From the IMG/VR virus record IMGVR_UViG_3300044627_003892: 64,000 bases of DNA. One strand, 5' to 3'. Within the stretch, counting starts at the first letter, position 1. Each line of letters begins with the position of its first letter. A model generated the notes under the pieces. It was not told the origin of the DNA. It made no database searches and saw only the letters and a program-made list of their open reading frames with translations. Source of the stretch: a virus (Duplodnaviria > Caudoviricetes). Position numbers and translations under genes: made by a program. Shown piece after piece: positions 1-9,372 of the stretch.

Positions 1-1
1 A

Positions 2-964
2 AAACATTCCGTCTAAATAATCCGCTTCTCCCATCTCTTCAAGTTTTGGTTCTTTCTCTGTTGAAGTTTCCTCTTCTGAATCAACATCAAATTCATCACT
101 TTCTTCATCTTCTGAACCCATATCATCCATTTCATAGTCGGACTCTTCCTCACCTTCAAATCTTGTTAAGATTTCTTCTTTATCGTCTTCGTCTAATAAA
201 TTTAAGTCTAATGCCGACAATATTGAATTAATAATATACTTAACATCTTTACTTGATAATTCTTCTTCATTACCTGAATAATCTCTAATCTTTTGAGCTA
301 ACTTTCCAGTTAACTTTTGGATAGATTTAAATGTAACAGGTTCTCCCTCACCACCTTCTAATGGTTCTTCATCGTCCTCAGGCATATCATCCATTCCACC
401 CATATCATCCATTCCACCCATATCATCTGAAGGTAACGAACCATCTGGAGATATTGCCAAATCATCATCTGATGGAGGAGTAGGTGACGATTCAGGTGAT
501 GGTGCAGGTGCTGGTGATGGTGCAGGTGCTGGTGCTGGTGGAGGTAAATCTGAAGGTGCTTCAGTTGGAGCTTCAACCTTTGGTTGAGGGGTCTTCAACA
601 TATATTTTTTATCTTCAGTAAATAAAGATATACCTTCACTAATACCATTAACTCTATTAATTTCACCAGCCATTAAATTTAATTTTCTCATTGCTGCTGA
701 ATATGAAGAAAAATGTTTTCTATTTTTAATAGGGTCGATATATTCTGAAGTCGATTCATTTATATCTTTTTTAATAATATATCCTAATTTTTCTTTAACA
801 ATTGAATATCTGTTACCATCAGCCAATGTGATTCTGTAATCAATTGATGATGTTTCATTTATAGAATTTGGAATTGTTTCTTTATATCTAGCAATCTCCA
901 TAATTCTTTGTAATTTTTCAATTCCTTGTAGTTTTTCACTACCGATTGGTTTTAGTTTACTCAT
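2..964 (-). CDS. Hypothetical protein, partial (runs off the left edge); Pro/Ala-rich linker and acidic C-terminal part
   Basis: Not in the ORF track. ATG at 964 opens MSKLKPIGSEKLQGIEKLQRIMEIARYKE...PPPAPAPAPSP...DDMGGMDDMGGMDD..., with no stop before the window edge. Confidence 0.8.
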   Translation of the reverse strand, partial: MSKLKPIGSEKLQGIEKLQRIMEIARYKETIPNSINETSSIDYRITLADGNRYSIVKEKLGYIIKKDINESTSEYIDPIKNRKHFSSYSAAMRKLNLMAGEINRVNGISEGISLFTEDKKYMLKTPQPKVEAPTEAPSDLPPPAPAPAPSPAPAPSPESSPTPPSDDDLAISPDGSLPSDDMGGMDDMGGMDDMPEDDEEPLEGGEGEPVTFKSIQKLTGKLAQKIRDYSGNEEELSSKDVKYIINSILSALDLNLLDEDDKEEILTRFEGEEESDYEMDDMGSEDEESDEFDVDSEEETSTEKEPKLEEMGEADYLDGMF

Positions 965-969
965 TTTTT

Positions 970-1155
970 TTAATTATTTAATCCATTAAATCCACCAAGG
1001 GTTATTGCAGTTAATTGAACAATAGTATCTGCAGAATTTGACATACTACTATATATTGGGTGTGGTTGTATTGATGAAGTACATGCTTCACAATTAGTCA
1101 CACCTGTATAATTAATTAACTTATAAGTATAAGTTCCCGACGAAAGTACTGCCAT
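970..1155 (-). CDS. Small hypothetical protein
   Basis: 61 aa; TATTTAT motif upstream; abuts the next gene. Confidence 0.6.
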   Translation of the reverse strand: MAVLSSGTYTYKLINYTGVTNCEACTSSIQPHPIYSSMSNSADTIVQLTAITLGGFNGLNN

Positions 1156-1185
1156 ATTATTTTTTCTTTATAAATATACAGAAAA

Positions 1186-1947
1186 TTAAGATTTTTTTAG
1201 ATTAAGTAAAAAATCTATCTTTTGTTCCATTAGAGAAAGTTCTTTGTCTAAAAGATTATTTTCCAAATTAAATAATTTTTCTAAATAATCACTTCTTCTT
1301 AAGTATTTAAACACCAAATTCTCATAAGAATATTCACCTTCTTTTTTAAGACCTGAACTCCTATATTTTTTAAGTTTTTCTTTAAACTTTTTAATATATT
1401 CTCTTGCCTCATCAATATCTTTTTCAGTTGCGTTATCCACAACAGTGTCAATTTGACTTTTCCAGTGATTAATTTTTGATTTAAGAATTTTAGTATCAAT
1501 ATTTGAATCTTCTTTTTCAGGTTTTACATCCCATTCATCATATAGGACTGAATAAACCCCTGAACTAAAATGTGCTTCAGTAGCGTTTTGAACATAAAGT
1601 TCTACTTCATACCCAAAAATTTTAATATCATGATTTGTATTAAAAATAGTTTTTTTAACTTTAAATAACTCTTCGTAAAGAGATAGTTCAGTATCTGAAA
1701 ATTGAATAAAATCACAAACAACATGTAAATCAATATCTGAATACTCCGACCAATTATAATTGGCTAAAGAACCTGTGAAAATAACATCCTCAATTAATAA
1801 AGGGACCCCAATAAAATCAATAAATTCATTAGCAGTTTGAAGTAATTTTTCTCTCACTTCCGTTCTCAATTGCATATTCTCATCCCAAATTTTTGAGTTG
1901 AGGTTATCTTTAGAGAAAAAACTTTTGATTATATTATTATCTTTCAC
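1186..1947 (-). CDS. Pol-beta superfamily nucleotidyltransferase
   Basis: GSLANYNWSEYSDIDLH (GS...DxD) motif plus downstream acidic VELYVQ strand. Confidence 0.75.
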   Translation of the reverse strand: MKDNNIIKSFFSKDNLNSKIWDENMQLRTEVREKLLQTANEFIDFIGVPLLIEDVIFTGSLANYNWSEYSDIDLHVVCDFIQFSDTELSLYEELFKVKKTIFNTNHDIKIFGYEVELYVQNATEAHFSSGVYSVLYDEWDVKPEKEDSNIDTKILKSKINHWKSQIDTVVDNATEKDIDEAREYIKKFKEKLKKYRSSGLKKEGEYSYENLVFKYLRRSDYLEKLFNLENNLLDKELSLMEQKIDFLLNLKKS

Positions 1948-1967
1948 AAATAATAAATATCAACTAA

Positions 1968-2210
1968 TTACAATCTTTTATACTTATAAACTTTTGCAAT
2001 ATTTTTATTAAAAAAACTTCCTTGTGATTCCGCCATTCTAAATTTTGTATACACATCATGTGGTACACCTTCATATTCATATTGAACACCTGTTTTAAAA
2101 TCAACAATTAGTTTTTTACTTTCGGTGTTAAAATCAGTTTTACTGATATTAGACGATTCAATTTCACAGATAATGTTAGTTCCTTTGATTGTTTCTTTTG
2201 TAATTGCCAT
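1968..2210 (-). CDS. KTSC domain protein
   Basis: LIVDFKTGVQYEYEGVP...AESQGSFFNKNI matches the KTSC pattern. Confidence 0.8.
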   Translation of the reverse strand: MAITKETIKGTNIICEIESSNISKTDFNTESKKLIVDFKTGVQYEYEGVPHDVYTKFRMAESQGSFFNKNIAKVYKYKRL

Positions 2211-2242
2211 AACTTTTTTTTTAATGATAAATAATTTTGAAT

Positions 2243-2250
2243 TACATTTG
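2243..2250 (+). promoter_or_regulatory. Bacteroidota sigma-A -7 element (TAnnTTTG) upstream of clpC
   Basis: TACATTTG about 50 nt before ATG 2299. Confidence 0.55.
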
Positions 2251-2298
2251 TAGTTGAATTTAAGAACAAATTCATTTAATTTTAATAAAAACTATTTT

Positions 2299-4362
2299 AT
2301 GACAGATTCAGTTGAAGAGGGTGGGAAACTACCAAAAAAAACAGAGGTAAATTCAAATACACCTGTGTTAGACAATTTTAGTCGTGACCTTATTAAACTT
2401 GCCGAAGAAGGTAAGTTAGACCCCGTTGTCGGTAGGGAAGACGAAATATTACGTATCGCCCAAATTCTTTCAAGAAGAAAGAAAAACAACCCAATTATCA
2501 TCGGTGAACCTGGTTGTGGTAAGACGGCAATTGTTGAGGGATTGGCAATGAAGATTTTTGAAGGTGATTGTCCAAGAAACTTGGTTGATAAACGTATTTT
2601 ATCATTAGAGATGAATTCGGTTGTTGCAGGAACAAAGTATCGTGGTCAATTTGAAGAACGATTAAAGGTTATCCTGGAAGAAATTCAAGCAAACCCAAAT
2701 GTTATTTTATTCATCGATGAAATCCATACGATTGTAGGTGCAGGTAACGCCTCAGGTTCAATGGACGCTTCTAACATTTTAAAACCTGCATTATCAAGAG
2801 GTGAAATACAATGTATTGGAGCAACGACATTGGATGAGTATAAAAAACAAATTGAGAAGGACGGAGCGTTAGATAGACGTTTCCAAAAAGTGGTGGTTAG
2901 TTCTTCAACAAAAGAAGAAACATTACAAATCCTTAAGAATGTTAAAGACAAATACGAAAATTATCACAAAGTAAATTATACCGATAATATTCTACAAATC
3001 TGTGTTGATTTAGCCGAGCGATATATCACCGACAGAGAGTTTCCCGATAAGGCATTTGATATTTTGGATGAAGTCGGAGCAAGAGCTCAAGTAGATGTAA
3101 AAAATCCTGAAATAATTGACGAATTAAAACGTCAGGCATTAGAGATTAAACAACAAAAATTACTTGTTGTTAAAAAACAGAATTACGAAGAAGCTGCGAA
3201 CTTAAGAGATAAAGAAAAGAAAGTTTTATCACAACTTGATATTGAAAAGAAGAAGTTTGAACAAACTCTTTTGGATAATAGAAAAACAATTTCAGAAGAA
3301 TTGGTTTACGAGGTGGTGTCAACAATGACAAAAATACCTCTAACAAAACTTAATTTAGACGATAAGATTGCTCTTATTAATTTAGAAGAAGAATTAAATA
3401 AATCAGTAATTGGACAAAAAGAAGCGGTTACAAAGATTGCAAAATCTATTCGTAGAAATAGATTAGGTATTAAAGACCCAAATAAACCAATTGGTTCATT
3501 TATATTTTTAGGTTCAACAGGTGTTGGTAAGACTTTATTGGCAAAAGAATTGGCAAAACAAATCTTTGGGAGTGATGAAAATCTTATCCGAGTTGATATG
3601 TCTGAATATCAAGATAAACATACCGTATCTCGTTTGATTGGTTCACCTCCAGGTTATGTAGGATATGATGAAGGTGGACAACTTACAGAACAGGTAAAGA
3701 CCAAACCATACTCTGTGGTATTATTTGACGAGGTTGAGAAAGCACACAAAGACATATTCTCAGCATTACTTCAACTATTGGATGAAGGGTATATGACAGA
3801 TAGTTTTGGAAGAAAAATCAATTTCAAGAACTGTTTAATCATTATGACTTCAAATCTTGGGGTAAAAAAGATGCAAGAGTTTGGAGCGGGGGTTGGATTT
3901 AGTAAGACAGGTAATGTTTATACCAACGAAGAACTTAAGAAAACAATGTTAAACAAAGAATTGAAGAACCACTTCGCACCTGAGTTTATCAATCGTTTGG
4001 ATGAGGTAATTGTATTCAACACACTTCAAAATGACGATATTCAAAAAATTGTTTTGGTTGAGGTCAACAAATTAAAGTCTCGTTTATCAAAATTGGGATA
4101 CAACATTAACTTCGGTCAGTCAGTAATTGACTTTGTTTCAAAAGTTGGATTTGATGATGTTTACGGAGCACGTCCTTTGAAGAGAGCAATCCAAGAAAAG
4201 ATTGAAGACTATATTTCAGATGAAGTATTACGTGAAAAAATTGTAATGGATAAGTCCTACAATATTGAAATCAATGAGGAGGAAGTGTCAATATCAGAAA
4301 TTGAAGTACAACCTGATGAAACACCGAAAGTGAAAAGACCAAGAAAGAAAAAGGGGGAATAA
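2299..4362 (+). CDS. clpC: ATP-dependent Clp protease ATP-binding subunit, ClpC-type, lacking the N-terminal repeat domain
   Basis: Two AAA+ modules (GEPGCGKT, GSTGVGKT), UVR-like middle domain (KKQNYEEAANLRDKE), GVGF ClpP-docking loop, GARPLKR; likely start ATG 2299. Confidence 0.9.
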   Translation: MTDSVEEGGKLPKKTEVNSNTPVLDNFSRDLIKLAEEGKLDPVVGREDEILRIAQILSRRKKNNPIIIGEPGCGKTAIVEGLAMKIFEGDCPRNLVDKRILSLEMNSVVAGTKYRGQFEERLKVILEEIQANPNVILFIDEIHTIVGAGNASGSMDASNILKPALSRGEIQCIGATTLDEYKKQIEKDGALDRRFQKVVVSSSTKEETLQILKNVKDKYENYHKVNYTDNILQICVDLAERYITDREFPDKAFDILDEVGARAQVDVKNPEIIDELKRQALEIKQQKLLVVKKQNYEEAANLRDKEKKVLSQLDIEKKKFEQTLLDNRKTISEELVYEVVSTMTKIPLTKLNLDDKIALINLEEELNKSVIGQKEAVTKIAKSIRRNRLGIKDPNKPIGSFIFLGSTGVGKTLLAKELAKQIFGSDENLIRVDMSEYQDKHTVSRLIGSPPGYVGYDEGGQLTEQVKTKPYSVVLFDEVEKAHKDIFSALLQLLDEGYMTDSFGRKINFKNCLIIMTSNLGVKKMQEFGAGVGFSKTGNVYTNEELKKTMLNKELKNHFAPEFINRLDEVIVFNTLQNDDIQKIVLVEVNKLKSRLSKLGYNINFGQSVIDFVSKVGFDDVYGARPLKRAIQEKIEDYISDEVLREKIVMDKSYNIEINEEEVSISEIEVQPDETPKVKRPRKKKGE

Positions 4363-4374
4363 ACCCCCTTTTTT
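4347..4374. terminator. Bidirectional intrinsic terminator
   Basis: A-tract-GGGGG-AATAAA-CCCCC-T-tract between convergent genes. Confidence 0.75.
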
Positions 4375-4378
4375 ATTT

Positions 4379-5197
4379 TTAGAAATTATATAATTGTGAC
4401 CTATGGATAAATTCGTATTTCTGATTACCAAGTTCTTCAATCAGTTTTTTACCTGTATTCATACCAGCAAAAACTTCATGGACAACAACATATTCATTTG
4501 GTGTGTGATAGTTGTGATAACCAATTGAGAAGTTGATACAAGAGAAATCAAACTTTTTACGTAGTTGCCAAACATCAGTGTAAGGATGTTGCATATATTG
4601 AGGTTCAGACAACATACCTTCAGAAAGAACTTTTTTAGCTTTTGACTCAAATTCAGAATCCGTTTCAAAAACTTTAACACCGTAACAATATTCTGTTACC
4701 ATGTAATCGTGAGGGGCGTCAAACTGAATAGCATAACCTACATTACTAAAAAATTCAGGGTCTGCTTCTTTTGAACCCAAACAACCAACTTCTTCTGTTA
4801 CAAACAAAGCAACTTTAATTACATCAAAGACTTCTAATAACTGAAGACAGGCAAACACCCCACACTTATCATCACCACCAATACCTGTAGGGCCACCCAA
4901 GTCGTTATACGCTTTAAGTGATAAACTTAAATTACCTTTTGAATCTTTAAGTTGTTCTTCATGGATGTTGATTGTGTCAATTTTATGTACCGTATCGGTA
5001 TGTGCAACAATACAAGGATAAAATTCACCCTCATTTATTTCACCTTTTGTGACATAAACATTTCCAAAGTCATCAACTTTAAAATTGTGTTTTTTTTCGG
5101 TTAAATATTCAACCAAAAATTCAATCATTAAATCTTCTTTAAATGATTTTGTAGGTATTGACAATACCTTTTTTAAGAAATCAACATTTTCTATCAT
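4379..5197 (-). CDS. M20/M28-clan zinc peptidase
   Basis: AHTDTV, GGDDKCG, TEEVG and GYHNYH metal-ligand motifs. Confidence 0.8.
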   Translation of the reverse strand: MIENVDFLKKVLSIPTKSFKEDLMIEFLVEYLTEKKHNFKVDDFGNVYVTKGEINEGEFYPCIVAHTDTVHKIDTINIHEEQLKDSKGNLSLSLKAYNDLGGPTGIGGDDKCGVFACLQLLEVFDVIKVALFVTEEVGCLGSKEADPEFFSNVGYAIQFDAPHDYMVTEYCYGVKVFETDSEFESKAKKVLSEGMLSEPQYMQHPYTDVWQLRKKFDFSCINFSIGYHNYHTPNEYVVVHEVFAGMNTGKKLIEELGNQKYEFIHRSQLYNF

Positions 5198-5224
5198 AGC
5201 TCATAAAGATAAGCTATTTTTCTA

Positions 5225-6304
5225 TTAAAACAATTCAGGATGATATAAAAAATTTAAGAAAGTATCATAATCAATTTTAACGGTTTGGTTAAATTTATCT
5301 TTACTATGATTACTATATGTAATAAGTATTTTTCCGTCATCAACATCTTGAATTATGAATTTGTCAGGTGTCTTTTCACCAAATGTTTTTTGTGGAGGAA
5401 ATTCATACCATTTATTAAATTCACCATACTTTAACTTTGATAATTTTTCAAGTATTTCAGAGTTTTTACGATAAGAATCAATATTATCACTATCTTCAAT
5501 TTTTTCCATGATTTTATCAAGATTCCAAGTTACACTTCTGTTAAAACCTTCATCATCATAATTTTGACTATCAAAATAAGCATAATAATCTTCATATAAA
5601 TCTTCATCAAACTGTATTCCCAATTGGTCAATACTTGTTTTTAACATATCTGAAAGTTTAGCGTCTTTGTCTTCACCAGACTTATCCCAAGTATTTAAAA
5701 GAATTGCTACAGTTGTCATGTAGAGATTAGTACATTTTTTCTCAAAGATATTTAAAGGAAGTAAAGCGTTACATAATTTAGATGTAACATATTGTCTTAA
5801 TCCTTTAACCAAGGCTTCATCATATTCACTTGAATAATCGTAAATAATACTATCTATCTCATTTGAAAATTCATTTTTTAACCACTTACAAATTTCAATA
5901 ACTTTATCGTTATGATTTCTTAAATCCTCAACGGAAAGACTAGGTCTTAATATTTTTACTATTTGTTTGACCCTATCTAAATTCTCATCATTGAAATAAT
6001 GTAGTAAATAACCCTCATCCCAATCATAATCCATGGAATAATCATCAACAAAAACATTACCTCCATAATACCCCCCTTGGAAAGCAACTCTAATTAAATA
6101 ACCGTTATTAGTTTCATCATTATTTCTAGTGAAAAGGTCAACATAATCATCACTATCAAACGTTAAATAAACCAAAGACTTACCAAGATTTTTTTCATTT
6201 ATTCTCGTAATACGTAAAATATCCTCATCGTCTTCGTACCTAACAAAATTTGCAGTAACTAAATCTTCCGTAAAATCTTTTAATGCCTGATAAAGTTGAC
6301 TCAT
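5225..6304 (-). CDS. Hypothetical protein (acidic)
   Basis: 359-aa ORF, no recognisable motif. Confidence 0.7.
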   Translation of the reverse strand: MSQLYQALKDFTEDLVTANFVRYEDDEDILRITRINEKNLGKSLVYLTFDSDDYVDLFTRNNDETNNGYLIRVAFQGGYYGGNVFVDDYSMDYDWDEGYLLHYFNDENLDRVKQIVKILRPSLSVEDLRNHNDKVIEICKWLKNEFSNEIDSIIYDYSSEYDEALVKGLRQYVTSKLCNALLPLNIFEKKCTNLYMTTVAILLNTWDKSGEDKDAKLSDMLKTSIDQLGIQFDEDLYEDYYAYFDSQNYDDEGFNRSVTWNLDKIMEKIEDSDNIDSYRKNSEILEKLSKLKYGEFNKWYEFPPQKTFGEKTPDKFIIQDVDDGKILITYSNHSKDKFNQTVKIDYDTFLNFLYHPELF

Positions 6305-6378
6305 TAAACTTTTTTTAAATAAATACTTGGTTAAAGAAGAATATATTTATATCTTTACAACATAGTTCTTTGATTTAT

Positions 6379-6761
6379 GGGGGTGTTTCTGGATTTGACA
6401 GGAATGAATTTATTATAAAACGCACGTCGGGGCTAAACTAACCCTGTAAAACTGGTTTAAAACACAAACGGCAACACAATTGCAAAACTTTCTACACTCG
6501 GTTTAATCCGTACTGAAGAAGTAACTGTAGCCTAATCTAAGATTAGTATACAACGGGGTCGGTGAGCATATAACCTTGCAACAGAAGCTTGTACCGTGGT
6601 GTGGTTTCTATCCGAAAAGGAACAAAAACCTTGTTTGTCTGTTACGGAAGGTTAATCTAAACAGAATATTTTGGAATGTTAAGAACTAACATTATCCTAA
6701 ACGTGTAGTGTTTTATCGTAAACATTTTTGGACCTGGGTTCGAAACCCAGCACCTCCACCA
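6379..6761 (+). ncRNA. ssrA: tmRNA
   Basis: 5' GGGGGTG pairs with 3' CACCTCC-A-CCA including G3:U; GATTTGAC D-loop analogue; CTGGGTTCGAAACCCAG T-arm; internal tag ORF 6470-6535. Confidence 0.92.
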
Positions 6762-6764
6762 ATT

Positions 6765-6790
6765 AAAAAGGGACTTTTCAGTCCCTTTTT
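6765..6790. terminator. Bidirectional intrinsic terminator after the tmRNA
   Basis: AAAAAGGGAC-TTTTCA-GTCCCTTTTT. Confidence 0.8.
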
Positions 6791-7762
6791 TTATTTTATA
6801 AATCTTTTAAAGTTTTTCAGTTCTTCAGTTAAACTTGATTCTTCTTCTTTTTTCTTAGATTCCTCTTCTTTTTTCTTAGATTCCTCTTCTTTTTTCTTAG
6901 TTTCCTCTTCTTTTTTCTTTTCTTCTTCTTTCACTTTTTCAGTTTCTTTAGCCGCCTCAACAAACTCTTTAATTGGTAATCCTAAAAGTAATGAGTTACA
7001 AAAGTTATCTTTTTTGATAATATGACCTTCACCAAATAATTCAATAACTTCTTTAACATATTTTTCACAATCAGATTCACTTGTTATTACGGATATTTTT
7101 TTAGTTCCAAATTTATCAATTATTTTTTCAAATTCAGTATCTACTTTAGATTGTGACCAATCTAACCATTCCGGTACAGGTTCAGGAAATTCAAAATTAG
7201 CTAAATTTGATTCCGGTATCGAACTACAAAAATTATAAGTACTATTTGATTCATCTTTTCCATTTTCAGACCAAGATAGATGGTAATGGGGCCCTGTTGA
7301 ACGTGGACTTGGGTGTCTATATTCATCAATAAACGTAAATCCGTCAATAGATTGTCTAGCAGCACACAAAAGAGTTGATATTTTATCTAATGTTTCATCG
7401 TCAGACACTCTGAGGTCACCTACAGCTGTTTTCCCAAACACTATGTCATTAGCGTTTCCTTGGGTATGTCGGCTTCTTGTTGACTTATGATATCTATCAC
7501 GTCCAGCACCAAATCTTATCTTTAACTCAGGCATTTCTTTTTTAAACGCTGAAGATACTTTTTTTATAACATTTGCTAATTCTGGAGTAATATCACCAAG
7601 TTCATCTATTGTTGATTTATGTGCATATCCTAAACTATTTAAATGTGTTCTAACACCATTTGCATTAACGTGAGTTGATTTATCAACTTTTTCTTCAAGT
7701 AAAACATTTCTTAATTTTTTAATTTCAGAAATAACTTCTTTGTGACTATTAATCTTATTCAT
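6791..7762 (-). CDS. Peptidase M15-like (LAS fold) protein with Glu/Lys-rich repeat tail
   Basis: SRHTQGNANDI (SxHxxGxAxD) and HYH zinc motifs; start moved to ATG 7762 (MNKINSHKE). Confidence 0.7.
   Translation of the reverse strand: MNKINSHKEVISEIKKLRNVLLEEKVDKSTHVNANGVRTHLNSLGYAHKSTIDELGDITPELANVIKKVSSAFKKEMPELKIRFGAGRDRYHKSTRSRHTQGNANDIVFGKTAVGDLRVSDDETLDKISTLLCAARQSIDGFTFIDEYRHPSPRSTGPHYHLSWSENGKDESNSTYNFCSSIPESNLANFEFPEPVPEWLDWSQSKVDTEFEKIIDKFGTKKISVITSESDCEKYVKEVIELFGEGHIIKKDNFCNSLLLGLPIKEFVEAAKETEKVKEEEKKKEEETKKKEEESKKKEEESKKKEEESSLTEELKNFKRFIK
6836..6930 (-). repeat. 21-nt tandem repeat encoding KKKEEE(S/T)
   Basis: About 4 copies of ttcctcttcttttttcttaga. Confidence 0.8.
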
Positions 7763-7790
7763 ATATTTTTTTTGTATATTTATAAATATT

Positions 7791-8558
7791 ATGGAAAACA
7801 ATAAATTAATTAAAATTGCACAAAAGTTATCTTTATCGATTAAAGATACAAATGTTGCACAAATATCAAGAAAATTAAATAGCAGTAAAGGCCCGTATAA
7901 ACAAATGATGTCCGTGTTAGAAGGATGGGATTTTGTTAAATTGGTATTTTTAATTAATGCCATTAATAATGGTGAAAAAGAATTTGAATCAATATTATGG
8001 AAATTAGATAATGAAGGATTTACCTACGCAATTGCTAATGTATTTGATACTGAAGTTCAGGAAAGCTGTGATTACTGTGGTGGTGATGGTGAGATTAGTT
8101 GCAGTGAATGTGATGGTTCAGGTGAAGTAGAATGTTCTGATTGTGGTGGTGAAGGTGAAAACGAAGAAGGTGAAACATGTGGAAATTGTGATGGTGGTGG
8201 TAAAAGTGATTGTGATACCTGTGGGGGTAGCGGTCATGAAGATTGTTATGACTGTAGTGGTACAGGTGAACAACAAAAAAGCGACGCTTACGAATTAAAA
8301 TTAGACTTTTATTTTAGTATTAATGAAGAATTAAAATCAGAAATTAGTAAACTTAACAGATATGACAAAATTGACTCTGACACAATCACAGATTATGAAG
8401 ATACAAATGAAACTATATTAGTATACGCATCACCGATGGCAATAGAAGTTGAGACAAATGAAGAATTAGAATATAATACCGAATATTTTTATGAAATAGA
8501 TACTGCTGGATGGGTTGGTAATACGGCTAGTAGCCCAAACTTTGATTTAGATTATTAA
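7791..8558 (+). CDS. Protein with six DnaJ-type CxxCxGxG zinc-finger repeats, no J-domain
   Basis: CDYCGGDG, CSECDGSG, CSDCGGEG, CGNCDGGG, CDTCGGSG, CYDCSGTG; no HPD motif. Confidence 0.75.
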   Translation: MENNKLIKIAQKLSLSIKDTNVAQISRKLNSSKGPYKQMMSVLEGWDFVKLVFLINAINNGEKEFESILWKLDNEGFTYAIANVFDTEVQESCDYCGGDGEISCSECDGSGEVECSDCGGEGENEEGETCGNCDGGGKSDCDTCGGSGHEDCYDCSGTGEQQKSDAYELKLDFYFSINEELKSEISKLNRYDKIDSDTITDYEDTNETILVYASPMAIEVETNEELEYNTEYFYEIDTAGWVGNTASSPNFDLDY

Positions 8559-9172
8559 ATTAAAAAGTTTCTAACCGATTGAGTGTCTTTTTTGAAATCT
8601 TCTCTGAAATTCTTTGTAAACTCCTCATTTTCACAATATACCTCAACATGTTCACTGAATACCCAATCCATACAAAGAAGTGCAATTAAATGGTTTTCTC
8701 TGTCCATAATTGGTAATGAAACCATAGATTGTGTTCCAAACTTTTTAATTAAAGCTCTTGTTGCAATATCAGGGATAAGTTCACAATCGTGAATAAATAA
8801 TCCGTCCTCCATAGTTTGTTTAATTAACCAATTATAGTGACTTACAAACACATTTTGTATTTTTTCAGTTATTCTTTCAAGTCCGTCAGAACATCTTTCA
8901 TATGTCACAGACGCTTTCTGCATTGCTGATGATGTGTAGAAATTACCACCATTGTGAAATTGGATAACATATATTCTATCTGCGTTATATTTTCTTCTTA
9001 TTTCTCTTAAAGTAGAGTGAACAATTTCGTCTGTTTCTATTTGTTGTGAAAGTTTGTTTCTTGAGTTTTGTTTTGCTCTTTTTTCTTTCATCATGTTAAA
9101 AAACCCCGCAGTTATTAATGCAATAACAATTGATGTAACTGAGGTAATGATTGTTGGTATAATTTCGTTCAC
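8555..9172 (-). CDS. N-terminal TM helix plus GAF-like domain protein (possible holin)
   Basis: Hydrophobic residues 3-25; ADRIYVIQFHNG...SMVSLPI...IALLCMDW is GAF-like. Confidence 0.55.
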   Translation of the reverse strand: MNEIIPTIITSVTSIVIALITAGFFNMMKEKRAKQNSRNKLSQQIETDEIVHSTLREIRRKYNADRIYVIQFHNGGNFYTSSAMQKASVTYERCSDGLERITEKIQNVFVSHYNWLIKQTMEDGLFIHDCELIPDIATRALIKKFGTQSMVSLPIMDRENHLIALLCMDWVFSEHVEVYCENEEFTKNFREDFKKDTQSVRNFLI

Positions 9173-9223
9173 CTTTCTTTCTTTAAATTTTTATATCACT
9201 GATTAATAAATATTAATAAAAAT

Positions 9224-9252
9224 AAAAAAGGGTTAAAAATAACCCTTTTTTT
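9224..9252 (-). terminator. Intrinsic terminator downstream of the tRNA
   Basis: AAAAAAGGGTTA-AAAA-TAACCCTTTTTT. Confidence 0.7.
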
Positions 9253-9259
9253 AAAATAG

Positions 9260-9333
9260 TACCCCCGAAGGGATTCGAACCCCTGGCCCACAGATTAGAA
9301 ATCTGTTGCTCTATCCTACTGAGCTACGAAGGC
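9260..9333 (-). tRNA. tRNA-Arg (UCU), CCA not encoded
   Basis: GCCTTCGTAGCTCAGTAGGATAGAGCAACAGATTTCTAATCTGTGGGCCAGGGGTTCGAATCCCTTCGGGGGTA; ACAGA/TCTGT stem around TT-TCT-AA; TATATTTG promoter upstream. Confidence 0.92.
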
Positions 9334-9372
9334 ATTTATCTGTCACAAATATAGATTAAATTTGTGACAATA

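Noticed and set aside
46-576. Track ORFs 46-231 (+) and 358-576 (-), His/Leu-rich
   Set aside because: Alternate-frame shadows of the real ORF ending at 964
6836-6930. 21-nt tandem repeat as a mini-CRISPR
   Set aside because: No spacers; it is a simple coding KKKEEES expansion
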